DNA from: Deltaproteobacteria bacterium HGW-Deltaproteobacteria-2
GTDB taxonomy: Bacteria; Desulfobacterota; Syntrophia; Syntrophales; Smithellaceae
DNA length: 64,000 nucleotides
Reading direction: 5' to 3'
NCBI GenBank assembly: GCA_002840505.1
Contig: PHBC01000001.1
Location: 131,767 to 195,766, forward strand
Shown piece after piece: positions 46,255 to 56,346 of this stretch. Each line of letters opens with the position of its first letter. The first letter of the stretch is position 1. The position numbers were made by a program, and so were the translations under genes. The notes beneath the pieces are model-generated. The model saw only the letters and a program-made list of their open reading frames with translations, searched no databases and was not told the origin of the DNA.

Positions 46255-46283
46255 CATATAATCAAACTGAAGATATTTGTCAA
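46255..46283 (-). promoter_or_regulatory. Sigma-70-type promoter of the aro supraoperon leader
   Basis: The minus strand reads TTGACA (46283-46278), a 17-nt spacer, then TATATG (46260-46255). Confidence 0.6.
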
Positions 46284-46404
46284 GAGAAAACTTAAGCAGT
46301 GTCAATTTATCACTTTGGCAAAGAAACAAAATGTTCTATTCCCTTCTGCATAGCCGAATCCGGCAACCGTTTGACATTTATTAAAAAATAAGAGAAGAAT
46401 CCTT

Positions 46405-48294
46405 ATGCACAAAAGTAAGACAAAGGCAACGACAACTACCCAATCAGTCAATGACGCGATTAATCCTCAGGACAATCGTTTCTCAATAATGTCTTCTTTC
46501 TTTGCCTTCTCGGGGAAATTGGCTTCTTCCAGTTATCTAAAGTGGACATTGATAATGCTTCTGCCAGTCCTGATTCTGCTGAGATATCCTGTCGACCGGA
46601 TAGATTACGACTTGTGGTGGCAAATGACGCTCGGCAAATATTATCTGACTCACCACACTCTTATTATAGACCATTCTATTTTTTCCTGGACACCTGCCGA
46701 TCCGACCTGGGTTTATAACACATGCCTGGGAAGTATTGTTATTTATCTGGCTTACAGTCTCATGGGAGGGTTTGGTTTGTGGATCTTCCAATGTCTGATA
46801 TTCTTGGGAGTTTTTCTTTCATTTTATATTTTTCTACGCCTGATTCGCCGACGGCTTGATGTAACCAGCATCACCATCATTGCCGCCATTGGTATTGCCA
46901 GCTCCCTCTCCTGCAGTTACTACAAACCTGAATTGTTTTCCGTTCTCCTATTTTGCTGGATAATATTTATCTTTTTTTATGTCAAACTGACTCGTCAAAC
47001 GTTTCTTTTTTATCTTTATCCATTGATTTTTGCCCTCTGGACTAATTTGCACGGCGCTTTCATCCTGGGATTCGGTGTGTTTGCCTGCTTTTTCATAGGT
47101 GAACTTTTAAACAGAATTTTTTTACCTGAAGAAGCATTTACTATTAAAGAACTGACCAATCTCGGCGCCGCAATTGCTCTGTCTTTGGCTGCAACTTTGC
47201 TGAATCCTTATGGCATCAATTACCTATTGAGCATTTATAATGCAATAACTTCCGAGGCCTATAACATAACCAGTACGCATATTCAGGCCTATGTAAGCCT
47301 CTGGCCATATTTAAAAGATATGGATATTTCATTCTTCAGATTGGGACAAACTGCCTGGATCATGACCCTAATGATGTTTTTGATGGGCTGCCTTTTTCTT
47401 TATGAACTTATCAAAAAGAGATCCTGTGATTTTACTTTGCTGATTTTAAATATCGTCTTATACTGGGCAAGCATGAGAGCCACCAGGGCGAGTTACCTTT
47501 TCCCCTTCGGCTTTTTTTTCTCATTCTTCTACCTGCTCAACCGTTTGAAATTAAAAAATGTTTCCGGCAGGGCAACCATTTTGTCTTTGCTCATTTTCTT
47601 TTTCTTTTTTATCAACATCACCTATTTCACTTTCAGATACAATACGGACAACAAATGGTTCGGTGCCGGTCTCGACAATTTCGTACCGGCCAAGGAAGTA
47701 GCTTTTTTGAAAAAATATCGGTTAGAAGGCCCTATCTTTAACGACTATGTTATCGGCGGCTATCTGATATGGGATCTCTATCCCGATTACAAAATTTTTA
47801 TTGATCCTCGTTTTATGCCGTTCAGTAAACAAGTTGCTGCCGATTACTGGGCCTTTACCGGCAATCCCGTAACCAGTGAAACTCTACAACATTTTAATAA
47901 AAAGTATCCTTTCAAAATCGCAATAATCCATTACCGGGAACTTCCCTTAATTTTCGATTTTCTGAGAGCCGGAGGCGAATGGCGGCTTTTATACTTTGAA
48001 CAAAATGCCGCTATATTGATTCACAAATCACTGCTTTCCACCATTCCGCCGGAAATCAGCTCAGTTGATCTTGGTCCATCGCGCTTCCAAGACGTCAGCA
48101 ATCCGGAGGTTCTTCTTAATGTATTCACCTTGTACGTTAATCTGGATCCGAATGCCGGAAGGGTCATCTACGATATCTATGAAAAGAATATCAGTGATTG
48201 TTACAAGCTAAAAAAAGATCACCTGCAAACGATGAAAGACGATATTCGGCAGAAGGAACATGAGCTTCAATTCATGACCAACGGGCAGAGATGA
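46405..48294 (+). CDS. Polytopic membrane protein (GT-C/ArnT-like fold suspected)
   Basis: More than 10 hydrophobic helices in the first 400 aa or so, then a soluble C-terminal domain. The family assignment is tentative. Confidence 0.5.
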   Translation: MHKSKTKATTTTQSVNDAINPQDNRFSIMSSFFAFSGKLASSSYLKWTLIMLLPVLILLRYPVDRIDYDLWWQMTLGKYYLTHHTLIIDHSIFSWTPADPTWVYNTCLGSIVIYLAYSLMGGFGLWIFQCLIFLGVFLSFYIFLRLIRRRLDVTSITIIAAIGIASSLSCSYYKPELFSVLLFCWIIFIFFYVKLTRQTFLFYLYPLIFALWTNLHGAFILGFGVFACFFIGELLNRIFLPEEAFTIKELTNLGAAIALSLAATLLNPYGINYLLSIYNAITSEAYNITSTHIQAYVSLWPYLKDMDISFFRLGQTAWIMTLMMFLMGCLFLYELIKKRSCDFTLLILNIVLYWASMRATRASYLFPFGFFFSFFYLLNRLKLKNVSGRATILSLLIFFFFFINITYFTFRYNTDNKWFGAGLDNFVPAKEVAFLKKYRLEGPIFNDYVIGGYLIWDLYPDYKIFIDPRFMPFSKQVAADYWAFTGNPVTSETLQHFNKKYPFKIAIIHYRELPLIFDFLRAGGEWRLLYFEQNAAILIHKSLLSTIPPEISSVDLGPSRFQDVSNPEVLLNVFTLYVNLDPNAGRVIYDIYEKNISDCYKLKKDHLQTMKDDIRQKEHELQFMTNGQR

Positions 48295-48427
48295 CCTGCT
48301 ACACGCTAGAACACGGTATAGGTTATTTTATGCTGGAAACAAAAACAGGATTTGAAACAAGTTTTATATTGATACACAAGCGGATTTTCTACCAATATAA
48401 ATGGGACGACATACCGGTTAAAACGCA

Positions 48428-48463
48428 AATTCCCCTCAATCACAAACATGGCTGAGGGGAATT
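48428..48463. terminator. Bidirectional hairpin between convergent genes
   Basis: AATTCCCCTCA-14 nt-TGAGGGGAATT is an 11-bp perfect stem. Confidence 0.5.
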
Positions 48464-48492
48464 ATTAAAGCAATGTATAAATGGTTTTTATA

Positions 48493-50538
48493 CTAATCAC
48501 TGTTTTCTATATAATAGGATTGTCCTTCAACTCGTAAATTATCTATAGCCGTCGTCGATGGTGAATCTACTACAACATTTTCCGTGGTCTTCAAACCAGT
48601 TTTAGCTGAAGCCGACTTTTTACTAAAGGGATTCAACACATCAATCGTCTTAGAAAGGGCAGTGGTAACAATATCCAAAGGCATGGTGGCCTTGACAGAG
48701 CCTAAGTAGGCAGCTGTTTCCTGCTCGTAATTCAATCCGGCAAAGGGGTTCATAACTCCACTGCCGAGAACGGTGGAGTTCATATTGCTACTGGTGTTAT
48801 TACTGACTTTGTACGATTTATTAACCAGGTAACCTACCGCGAGATCGATATCTATATCTCTCAACATTTTGATGCCCAGGCCCGATCCTTTGATCCCTAA
48901 CCCAGCTCCATAGTAATCCAGTGTGGGAAGGGCATATATGGCATCGTAATATATAGCCTGAACAGAGGAAATCCGATTTTCATAGCCGGCACGAAGCATA
49001 AGCCAGTCCAGCGCCTGATATTCCGCACCGACTCCCCAGTTCCAGGTATCTTTCCAGTTACGTTCCAGAAGCAGAATACTGTCACCACCATTATAACCCA
49101 TATACTTGGCTAATTGGAGGAGCTGGATTTTCTGATCAAAAACGAAATAGTCCTGTTTAACGGACGACCAGTTTGCCCAATGCACATCGGCAAGAAGAGA
49201 TAACCTTTTGATCGGCTTGAGCTTGATTCCCAAATTGACAATTTGTGGTATTTCTCTATCTGCCGTAATTGTTCCAGCCTGTTCGCCAACACGTTGATAG
49301 GGCAGATCAAGCGCCATGGATATAATCTGCATCAAAGCAGATTTTCCGCACCATTCAACCATATTTTGCCATTGTTCACTGTATGTCAGCTGATATTTCC
49401 CACTTAAGTGCGTTTTGATGGCGCTTTGGTAAGATATTCCAAAGGAAATCCAGTCAAAGGGTCCCCAGAGAACACCTAAATTAAATGATGGAGAAAAATC
49501 ATCATGAGCACTTAGAGATAAATGTCCTATTGAATCATATGGACCTATTCCGCCACCGAACAAAGGCATGGGAATTGTAAGGTCAAAAAGCGGATTCCCC
49601 ATACCCTGGGTTGCATCTCCCAGGGTTTTTGTCAGATTCACTATGGCATTTGGCGCCCTTACCTCTGTGCCAACACCCAGCGCTGATTGCCCCACCCCTA
49701 AAGAAGCACCAACAGAAAGAGTCTTGTTTACCTGATAACTTACCCCAGGACCAATATAGATCAGGTGCTGCCAATACACAGCTTCTCCATCCCACCTTGA
49801 CGGATCGGATTTATCTCCATTATTCATTCCGACGGCAAAGGGAACATAAGCGCTGTAAGCAAACGTCCATTTTGAACCGGGATTTCGATGCGAAAGACCG
49901 AGTATGGGTGCTACTAGAAAATCCAGGGTAGTGTCCAGAACCGGAATGTACATTTTACCGGAAGTATTGCTTCCCTCTGTGCCACTCCAGGAATTACCGC
50001 TAAAACGATCGGGACCATTCTGAGTGCCCCAAAGCGGGTCTTTTATTAAGTTACCATTTAGATCATGAAAGCCCTCAAAGTTAGGATCTTTGCTTACCCT
50101 TGAGGTTTTATTGATGATCGGCAGAATGGCTCCCAAACTAATATAATTGCCGTCACCTAAAAGTGAAAGGCCGGCAGGATTGTAGTGAATTGACAGGATG
50201 CCGGGAGGATCCGCAGTAACATTGTTGGCAAGTGCAATGGCCCGGGTATCAACGGCCAGTTGTTCATGGAACGCTCCTTCTACCTGCGGTGGATTGAGGA
50301 ATTGGCTTGCAGCCATTACCATGCATATGACAAAGCAAAGTAATATCCGCAAATGGGATAACCCCGGCAAATTAAATCTTTTCACACGAAAACAGAGAAA
50401 TCCCGATAACGGCAGATGGGCAATAAACATTGTTAATTCTAAAATCTTTTTCATATCATTGCTCCCGGATTGTTTGATTATAAGAAAATTAATCCTTCCT
50501 GTTTCCAGTAAACAACTTTCTTTTTCCCTTCGTGACAT
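48493..50538 (-). CDS. FadL/TodX-family outer-membrane transporter for hydrophobic compounds (start uncertain)
   Basis: LSIHYNPAGLSLLG is the family N-terminal NPAGL motif. The protein has beta-strand-rich, aromatic-terminated segments. The true start is probably internal (MKKIL... or the later signal peptide). Confidence 0.7.
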   Translation of the reverse strand: MSRREKESCLLETGRINFLIIKQSGSNDMKKILELTMFIAHLPLSGFLCFRVKRFNLPGLSHLRILLCFVICMVMAASQFLNPPQVEGAFHEQLAVDTRAIALANNVTADPPGILSIHYNPAGLSLLGDGNYISLGAILPIINKTSRVSKDPNFEGFHDLNGNLIKDPLWGTQNGPDRFSGNSWSGTEGSNTSGKMYIPVLDTTLDFLVAPILGLSHRNPGSKWTFAYSAYVPFAVGMNNGDKSDPSRWDGEAVYWQHLIYIGPGVSYQVNKTLSVGASLGVGQSALGVGTEVRAPNAIVNLTKTLGDATQGMGNPLFDLTIPMPLFGGGIGPYDSIGHLSLSAHDDFSPSFNLGVLWGPFDWISFGISYQSAIKTHLSGKYQLTYSEQWQNMVEWCGKSALMQIISMALDLPYQRVGEQAGTITADREIPQIVNLGIKLKPIKRLSLLADVHWANWSSVKQDYFVFDQKIQLLQLAKYMGYNGGDSILLLERNWKDTWNWGVGAEYQALDWLMLRAGYENRISSVQAIYYDAIYALPTLDYYGAGLGIKGSGLGIKMLRDIDIDLAVGYLVNKSYKVSNNTSSNMNSTVLGSGVMNPFAGLNYEQETAAYLGSVKATMPLDIVTTALSKTIDVLNPFSKKSASAKTGLKTTENVVVDSPSTTAIDNLRVEGQSYYIENSD

Positions 50539-50706
50539 GGGAAAAGAAAGAAAACAAAATCAAACATATAATTGCCTATGGCTTGTTGCTTCCTGAATTT
50601 CAAACTATCCTTTTATTACTAAACGGTTTAAAAAACAGTTGTTGTATATCTGTAATTCTTTACCTGAGTTTCTCCTATTATATCTTTAACATTTTGGGGA
50701 AAATCC

Positions 50707-51939
50707 TTAAAAATCAAACGGCACCCTGACCGCTAAGGAAAAGTCAGGATCGTTAACAGTCAATCCTATACTTAACGTCAGATATATGGATCGTGCCGGA
50801 GTCACCCGCCACCCGGTTCCGACGTTGAAGGTAGAAGAGACGGAACTGCCACTTTCAATAACTCCAGCATTGCTAAAAACATATTTACTGCCGAAAGCGT
50901 AGCTGAACTGAGTGCTTAAGTTCAATGATGCCTGATAAGAAAGAGCGTAACCGAAACCCAGGGCAAAGCCGATAGAACTGCCTGGTTCGACTTTAGTCAG
51001 AGTAGCACCACTCTCGCCCGCAGATGTCCAGTACTGAGACAGACCGCTTACCGGAAGACCATAGCTGTAAATCAAATTGCCGAAGGCAACAAGTGGATCC
51101 AGCGTCTTACTGAGAGAAACTCCGCCGCTGAATGAATAATAACCATTGCCGGTCGGTAACGACTGATCCGGATCAATTTTGTAGGGACTGCTTCCGGTAG
51201 GTATAGTAACTCCGGCACTTAATATCGTTGTGGGGAGTTTCCCTCCAGCTTTAATTGGCTGCCACTGCAAACCGAAGGAGATATCACCAAAATCGGTTGC
51301 ATCCTGACTGGAAGATGTTCCCACCTTATTGTATTTGTAAGCAAAAGGGACGTTCGCGCTGATGGTCAGGTTGTTAAGGATTGCATACTCAGTATCAATA
51401 ATATTGGCGATATTATGGCTGCTTCTACGTTCGATGGCGAAAGGGACGGCCGATTCATTGATCACATCCCCTGAATAGTATGAGTAACCAAATGTGTATC
51501 CGAGTCCGACGGTCCCCTTTTTCAAGAGTGTATATTGACGACTAACGGCAGAAAGAATATCCTCTACCGATTTGCTTTTTTCTTCCTCCGGAACTTCCAG
51601 TCGCTTGCGCGCTTCACTTTCATCCCGCATTCTTTGTACTTCTCGCTTCAGCTCTTGTACTTCCTGCTGAAGACTTTGAGGGGAGTCATCTTGTTTCGAT
51701 TTTTTTACTTCCGGCTGAAGGCTTTGAGGTAAAACTTCTTGTTTCGGTTCTTTTAATTTCTTCTGAAGGTTTTCAGGAGATACATCATCAAGAGCAGCGT
51801 CTGCGTCTTCCGCACTAATTTTATTTAAAGCAAGCTGCATTCCTTTAATGGGAATCTGTGCCATAGCGGGAACGGTCACAAATAATGTACACGCAAAAAA
51901 CACAACAGACAATAAATTAATAAATATTTTACTATTCAT
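50707..51939 (-). CDS. Outer-membrane beta-barrel protein with an N-terminal charged coiled region (possibly of the MetA phenol-degradation transporter type)
   Basis: The signal peptide MNSKIFINLLSVVFFACTLFVTVPAMA is followed by a repeated PQSLQ-containing Lys/Glu-rich segment. Alternating beta-strand patterns follow, ending in ...VRVPFDF. Confidence 0.55.
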   Translation of the reverse strand: MNSKIFINLLSVVFFACTLFVTVPAMAQIPIKGMQLALNKISAEDADAALDDVSPENLQKKLKEPKQEVLPQSLQPEVKKSKQDDSPQSLQQEVQELKREVQRMRDESEARKRLEVPEEEKSKSVEDILSAVSRQYTLLKKGTVGLGYTFGYSYYSGDVINESAVPFAIERRSSHNIANIIDTEYAILNNLTISANVPFAYKYNKVGTSSSQDATDFGDISFGLQWQPIKAGGKLPTTILSAGVTIPTGSSPYKIDPDQSLPTGNGYYSFSGGVSLSKTLDPLVAFGNLIYSYGLPVSGLSQYWTSAGESGATLTKVEPGSSIGFALGFGYALSYQASLNLSTQFSYAFGSKYVFSNAGVIESGSSVSSTFNVGTGWRVTPARSIYLTLSIGLTVNDPDFSLAVRVPFDF

Positions 51940-52225
51940 TATTCTCCGGTTGAAATATTTACGAGTCTTGTCGCTCCCATTACATTGCAATAATCCGTAT
52001 AACACCCTTCAATACATGCGCTATAACATTGTGCCGGAAATGTGACGTGGCAACTATATTTTTTAAAATATTTGTAACACTATATAAGCTTTTTACCCTT
52101 GTCAAGGGAAAAACAATATTTTATCAAGGTTCATAGAAAATGTTTTTTCGGTATGTTACTACTTTATTATCTGATTGCACTATCCGGTCTTTGGAACAGA
52201 TATAAATTATAATTATTAAATTAAT

Positions 52226-53371
52226 TCAATCGATTTTCTTTCCGATTAAATCAATAATTGTAATTTCCGGCTGCGCCAGAATACGCACCGGCGGCCCCCA
52301 AGTTCCGGCACCTCTGGTAACATAAAGTGATTTGTTTTTTCCAAACTGACAATATCCACAGTTTTTGGAGAAAAATAAGCGCGTTATTAACGTAAAAGGG
52401 AAAATTTGGCCACAATGTGTATGTCCGGAAAGCTGTAAGTTGAAGTTTTCATTATTATTGACAAATGGCTGATGTTTCAACAATAAAATAAAGCCGTTAC
52501 TTTGTATTGCCGGCAATACATAATCCGGACGAGAATTATCCTTTCTCATACCCAATTTTCTCCCGGTCACATCATCGACGCCTATAATATTTATTCCCGC
52601 TACTTGCCTGGTTTCATCACGTAAGATTTCAAATCCCGCATTTTTAGTAAACTCCAACGAATGTCCGATCCCGGCATAATATTCATGATTGCCGGTAACT
52701 GCATATTTACCGTACTGAGTTCTAATTTGAGCAAGTTGCCTGGCTTGCGGCATCACATTGTCTAGTTCACCATCCAACAAGTCTCCGGTGGAAACCAAAA
52801 TATCGGGATTAGCTTCCTGCACGCAATCGATTATCTTCTGTAGACGTTTATCCCGGACAATTAATCCAATATGCACGTCGGATATTTGGACGATACGGAT
52901 TTTACCATTATTAAGCAATGATTGTTCTGTATGAATTTCCATTTTTTTTACCCGGACTCTTTGGGCATCAAAAAATCCATAAACAACGAAAATAAAGGAA
53001 ACAAATATGGATAAAACAAAGACAATATTTCTAACAGGAGCACTTCCCGCGCTTTTGAAAAAAAACTTACATATGTGTCTGAGTAAATTAAATGCGATAT
53101 CCAGAAAGAAAAATAAAAAAACAAAAGCCATCCAGAGATAACCGAAATAGGCAATTGACCTCGCCAATGTTTCCAAATGACGGCTTTCCGCCAGCCGTAT
53201 AATCACAGGAGCCAGAATCATCAAAACGAGCAAAACTATTACAATGGCTTGCACTTTACCGGAAAGATGCAAAACGTTTCTCGTCCGGGAAAAGGCATAA
53301 AAATTAATTCCCCCGTAAAGACATATAAAAATCAGAAGAAAAATAATCATAATGATTCCAATAAATGGCAA
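52226..53371 (-). CDS. Membrane-anchored metallophosphoesterase
   Basis: Four N-terminal TM helices, then the ISDVHIG, GDLLDG, GNHEYY and GHTH motifs. Confidence 0.8.
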   Translation of the reverse strand: MPFIGIIMIIFLLIFICLYGGINFYAFSRTRNVLHLSGKVQAIVIVLLVLMILAPVIIRLAESRHLETLARSIAYFGYLWMAFVFLFFFLDIAFNLLRHICKFFFKSAGSAPVRNIVFVLSIFVSFIFVVYGFFDAQRVRVKKMEIHTEQSLLNNGKIRIVQISDVHIGLIVRDKRLQKIIDCVQEANPDILVSTGDLLDGELDNVMPQARQLAQIRTQYGKYAVTGNHEYYAGIGHSLEFTKNAGFEILRDETRQVAGINIIGVDDVTGRKLGMRKDNSRPDYVLPAIQSNGFILLLKHQPFVNNNENFNLQLSGHTHCGQIFPFTLITRLFFSKNCGYCQFGKNKSLYVTRGAGTWGPPVRILAQPEITIIDLIGKKID

Positions 53372-53446
53372 ATTGCGTAAAAACTTGACAAGGAATACCC
53401 CTTAAGATAAATATCACAACTCTTGTTTAGATATTGATAAATGGAT

Positions 53447-53519
<73 letters not shown>

Positions 53520-53663
53520 CTCTTAAAATAGTGACCACAAGTGACCACATTACTTATTTATTTCCATTTATAATCTAGAAGTGTCCGATTAAGCATTGTC
53601 TAGATTATTTCTTTCATTTACTAATTCACAACATTGGTTTGTCTTCAGTTTTGTCTATACCAT

Positions 53664-55100
53664 TTATTCCTTTGCTCCCGCTTTGTTAAGTATTTCCATA
53701 ATTTCTGTTTGACCATTCTTTTTTGCTATCTTTAGGATAGAATACCCTTCAGCATCTTTTACATTTACATCAGCACCTTTGTCTAAAATAAGTTTGAAGA
53801 TTCCTACATATAAATTATGTAATTTCAAAAAAACTTGATCAGATAAAATATCTTTAATCTTCCTGAAGTTAATTTTCAATGGCACCATTAGAGGAGTTAT
53901 ACCAAAATCATTCTTTGCATTTACATCAGCCCCCTTATCTAAAAGAAGTTTGACAATTTCTAGCTGCCCACTTTCCGATGCTCCCATTAGAGGAGTTACA
54001 CCAAAATCATTCTTTGCATTTACATCAGCCCCTTTGCTTAAAAGAAGTTCTACTATTTCCGTATATTGCTGTTGCCATCCTTTTAGCAGCGCCAATTCGT
54101 CGCTTGATGTTACATTTTTATTTACATTCTTGTCTCTATTTATAAAGAATTTGATGATTATATTACCACCAGTTGATGCATGAATAAGCGCCGTGTTACC
54201 ATTATCATCATTTACATTTATTTTAGCACCATTATCCAAAAGAAGTTTAACAATTTCCATATAACCGCCACTTGATGCCTCCATAAGAGCAGTTCTACCA
54301 TTACCACCATCTATTTTAGCACCTTTATCCAAAAGTAATTTGACGATCTCTGTATAGCCACCTCGTGATGCCCACCAAAGTGCTGTTTCACCATAATCAT
54401 TCTTTATATTTACGTCAGCGCCTTTTTCCAAAAGAAGTTTAACAATTATTTGATAGCCGTTCTCCGATGCCTTAATAAGAAAAGTTGAGCCGTCTGTCAT
54501 TTTTATATTTGTATCAAAACGCCCCTTGTTTAAAAGAAGTTTAGCAATCTCCACACGGCCACCGCGCAATGCCCACCAAAGAGCATCAATACCATCACTA
54601 TTAACATTTACATCAACACCATTATCTACAAGTAATTTGACAATATCTATATGGCCATACCAAGATGCTATCCAAAGGACTGTTCTATCATCTTTTCTCT
54701 TTGCATTTACATCAGCGCCTTTTTCCAAAAGTAATTTGAAGATCTCCGTATAGCCACCTTGTGATGCCCACATGAGCGCAGTTATCCCATCAGGGATTTC
54801 CTTCACATTTACATCAGCACCCTTATCCAAAAGTAATTTAACGATCTCCGTATAACCTTTTTCTGATGCCAATATCAATGCTGTCACATTTCTTAAATAA
54901 GCACGGGAATGTTTTTTGATAGTTTTTATCGTTTTAATAAAATTAACCTCAGCGCCTTCAGTCAGAGCATTCTGTACCTCTTGAATGTTGCCTTTTTCAG
55001 CAGCTTGAATTAATTTTTCATTTTTGTTCGATATGCCTGCTTCAGCAAAAGCAGCAGACACCAGAAAAACAACAGCCATTAAACATAATATTCTTTTCAA
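53664..55100 (-). CDS. Secreted ankyrin-repeat protein (about 12 ANK repeats)
   Basis: Repeated G-TALM-AS--GH-EIVKLLLDKGADVN units. I prefer the TTG start at 55100 (AAGGA 7 nt upstream), which gives the signal peptide KRILCLMAVVFLVSAAFA. The track start is 55205. Confidence 0.8.
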   Translation of the reverse strand: MKRILCLMAVVFLVSAAFAEAGISNKNEKLIQAAEKGNIQEVQNALTEGAEVNFIKTIKTIKKHSRAYLRNVTALILASEKGYTEIVKLLLDKGADVNVKEIPDGITALMWASQGGYTEIFKLLLEKGADVNAKRKDDRTVLWIASWYGHIDIVKLLVDNGVDVNVNSDGIDALWWALRGGRVEIAKLLLNKGRFDTNIKMTDGSTFLIKASENGYQIIVKLLLEKGADVNIKNDYGETALWWASRGGYTEIVKLLLDKGAKIDGGNGRTALMEASSGGYMEIVKLLLDNGAKINVNDDNGNTALIHASTGGNIIIKFFINRDKNVNKNVTSSDELALLKGWQQQYTEIVELLLSKGADVNAKNDFGVTPLMGASESGQLEIVKLLLDKGADVNAKNDFGITPLMVPLKINFRKIKDILSDQVFLKLHNLYVGIFKLILDKGADVNVKDAEGYSILKIAKKNGQTEIMEILNKAGAKE

Positions 55101-55442
55101 TGGATAATCCTTGTTTTTTAAATTATTCAATTTTGATAAGTAATTATTATTTGATTCAGAAATATTACAGAGAAATGTATTGTATGTCAATAAAATGGAT
55201 AACAAAATAGCATTAAATAGTGTTTATTGCTGATTAAAAAGTTATATAATTTATAGAGACTGATGATCTGAAGATTACATGAAGAAGTTTTTAAAAATCT
55301 TTACATCTATTATTTAATAATACTTTATCCTACGGCAACTTATTTGAATACTCTCTTTATAGTGATTGATAATTTTTTTATAATATGATTATAAAATACC
55401 TGTTCATTTAAAATATTTTCGGCTTAAATAAAGGAGGATGTC

Positions 55443-56057
55443 ATGAAAAAGACTTTTTCAGTTGTTGCTGTTATGTTCATGTTGTTGATGCTTCCGGGGA
55501 TTTCCTTAAGTGCTACTACTGGACCTTATATCAGTGCTCAGTTGGGTGGGGCATACTTGACCGATAGCGATTATAAAGAGCCGGTAGATTATGGCACGAT
55601 GGAATTTAAACTAGGTTTTGCTGGTGGTTTTGCAGGCGGTTATAACTTTGGAATGTTCAGAGTTGAAGGAGAAATAGGATACCAGCGGAATGAAATGGAT
55701 AAGGCTAGCGTTTGTTCAGGAGGGGGTTGTATCTCTGGAACTGTTTCATCAAGCAATATGTCAGCCCTTTCAGGCTTAGCAAACGCATACATCGATTTTG
55801 TAAACAGCAGTCCCGTTACGCCATACATCAGCGGTGGAATTGGTGTGGCGAAAATCGACCTCAAGATAAGCGATACATCTTTTGATTCTACGGTATTTGC
55901 TTATCAAGTTGGTGCGGGCGTTGCATTTGCCATTAATCCACATATGAGCATCGATTTAAAATATCGGTACTTTGCTACGGCAGACCCTAAACAAGACTTC
56001 AGCACGTGGACATTTGCAAGTCACAATATCTATTTCGGATTCAGGTACAATTTTTAG
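55443..56057 (+). CDS. Small 8-strand-type outer-membrane beta-barrel protein (OmpA-N/OmpW-like)
   Basis: A signal peptide, Gly/aromatic alternating strands and the C-terminal ...YFGFRYNF. Confidence 0.7.
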   Translation: MKKTFSVVAVMFMLLMLPGISLSATTGPYISAQLGGAYLTDSDYKEPVDYGTMEFKLGFAGGFAGGYNFGMFRVEGEIGYQRNEMDKASVCSGGGCISGTVSSSNMSALSGLANAYIDFVNSSPVTPYISGGIGVAKIDLKISDTSFDSTVFAYQVGAGVAFAINPHMSIDLKYRYFATADPKQDFSTWTFASHNIYFGFRYNF

Positions 56058-56346
56058 CTGACTCGAAGAAGTCTTCAACAAAGCCAGAGATAGGTTACTT
56101 TTATCCTCTGGCTTTACTTTTTTCAACTGTCAAAGAATGACACTGCTCAAATTATGCCTGTTTAATACTTTTTTATGCTAATTCCGTTGCATCACAGTGC
56201 CTACTAGTTATGCAGTGCATTACTATCTTTCAATCCGTAATCAATAATGATTTGTATTTTTCTTTTTGAAAAAAGAAAATGTGCTAATTGATATTAAACT
56301 TATTTGGAAAAGTGAAATTAGTAAAAATCAATTTAAAATGAAATAG

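Noticed and set aside
53890-54060. Near-identical tandem DNA repeats that might suggest a CRISPR or satellite array
   Set aside because: They are in-frame ankyrin repeat units within a continuous ORF, about 99 nt long with no spacer structure.
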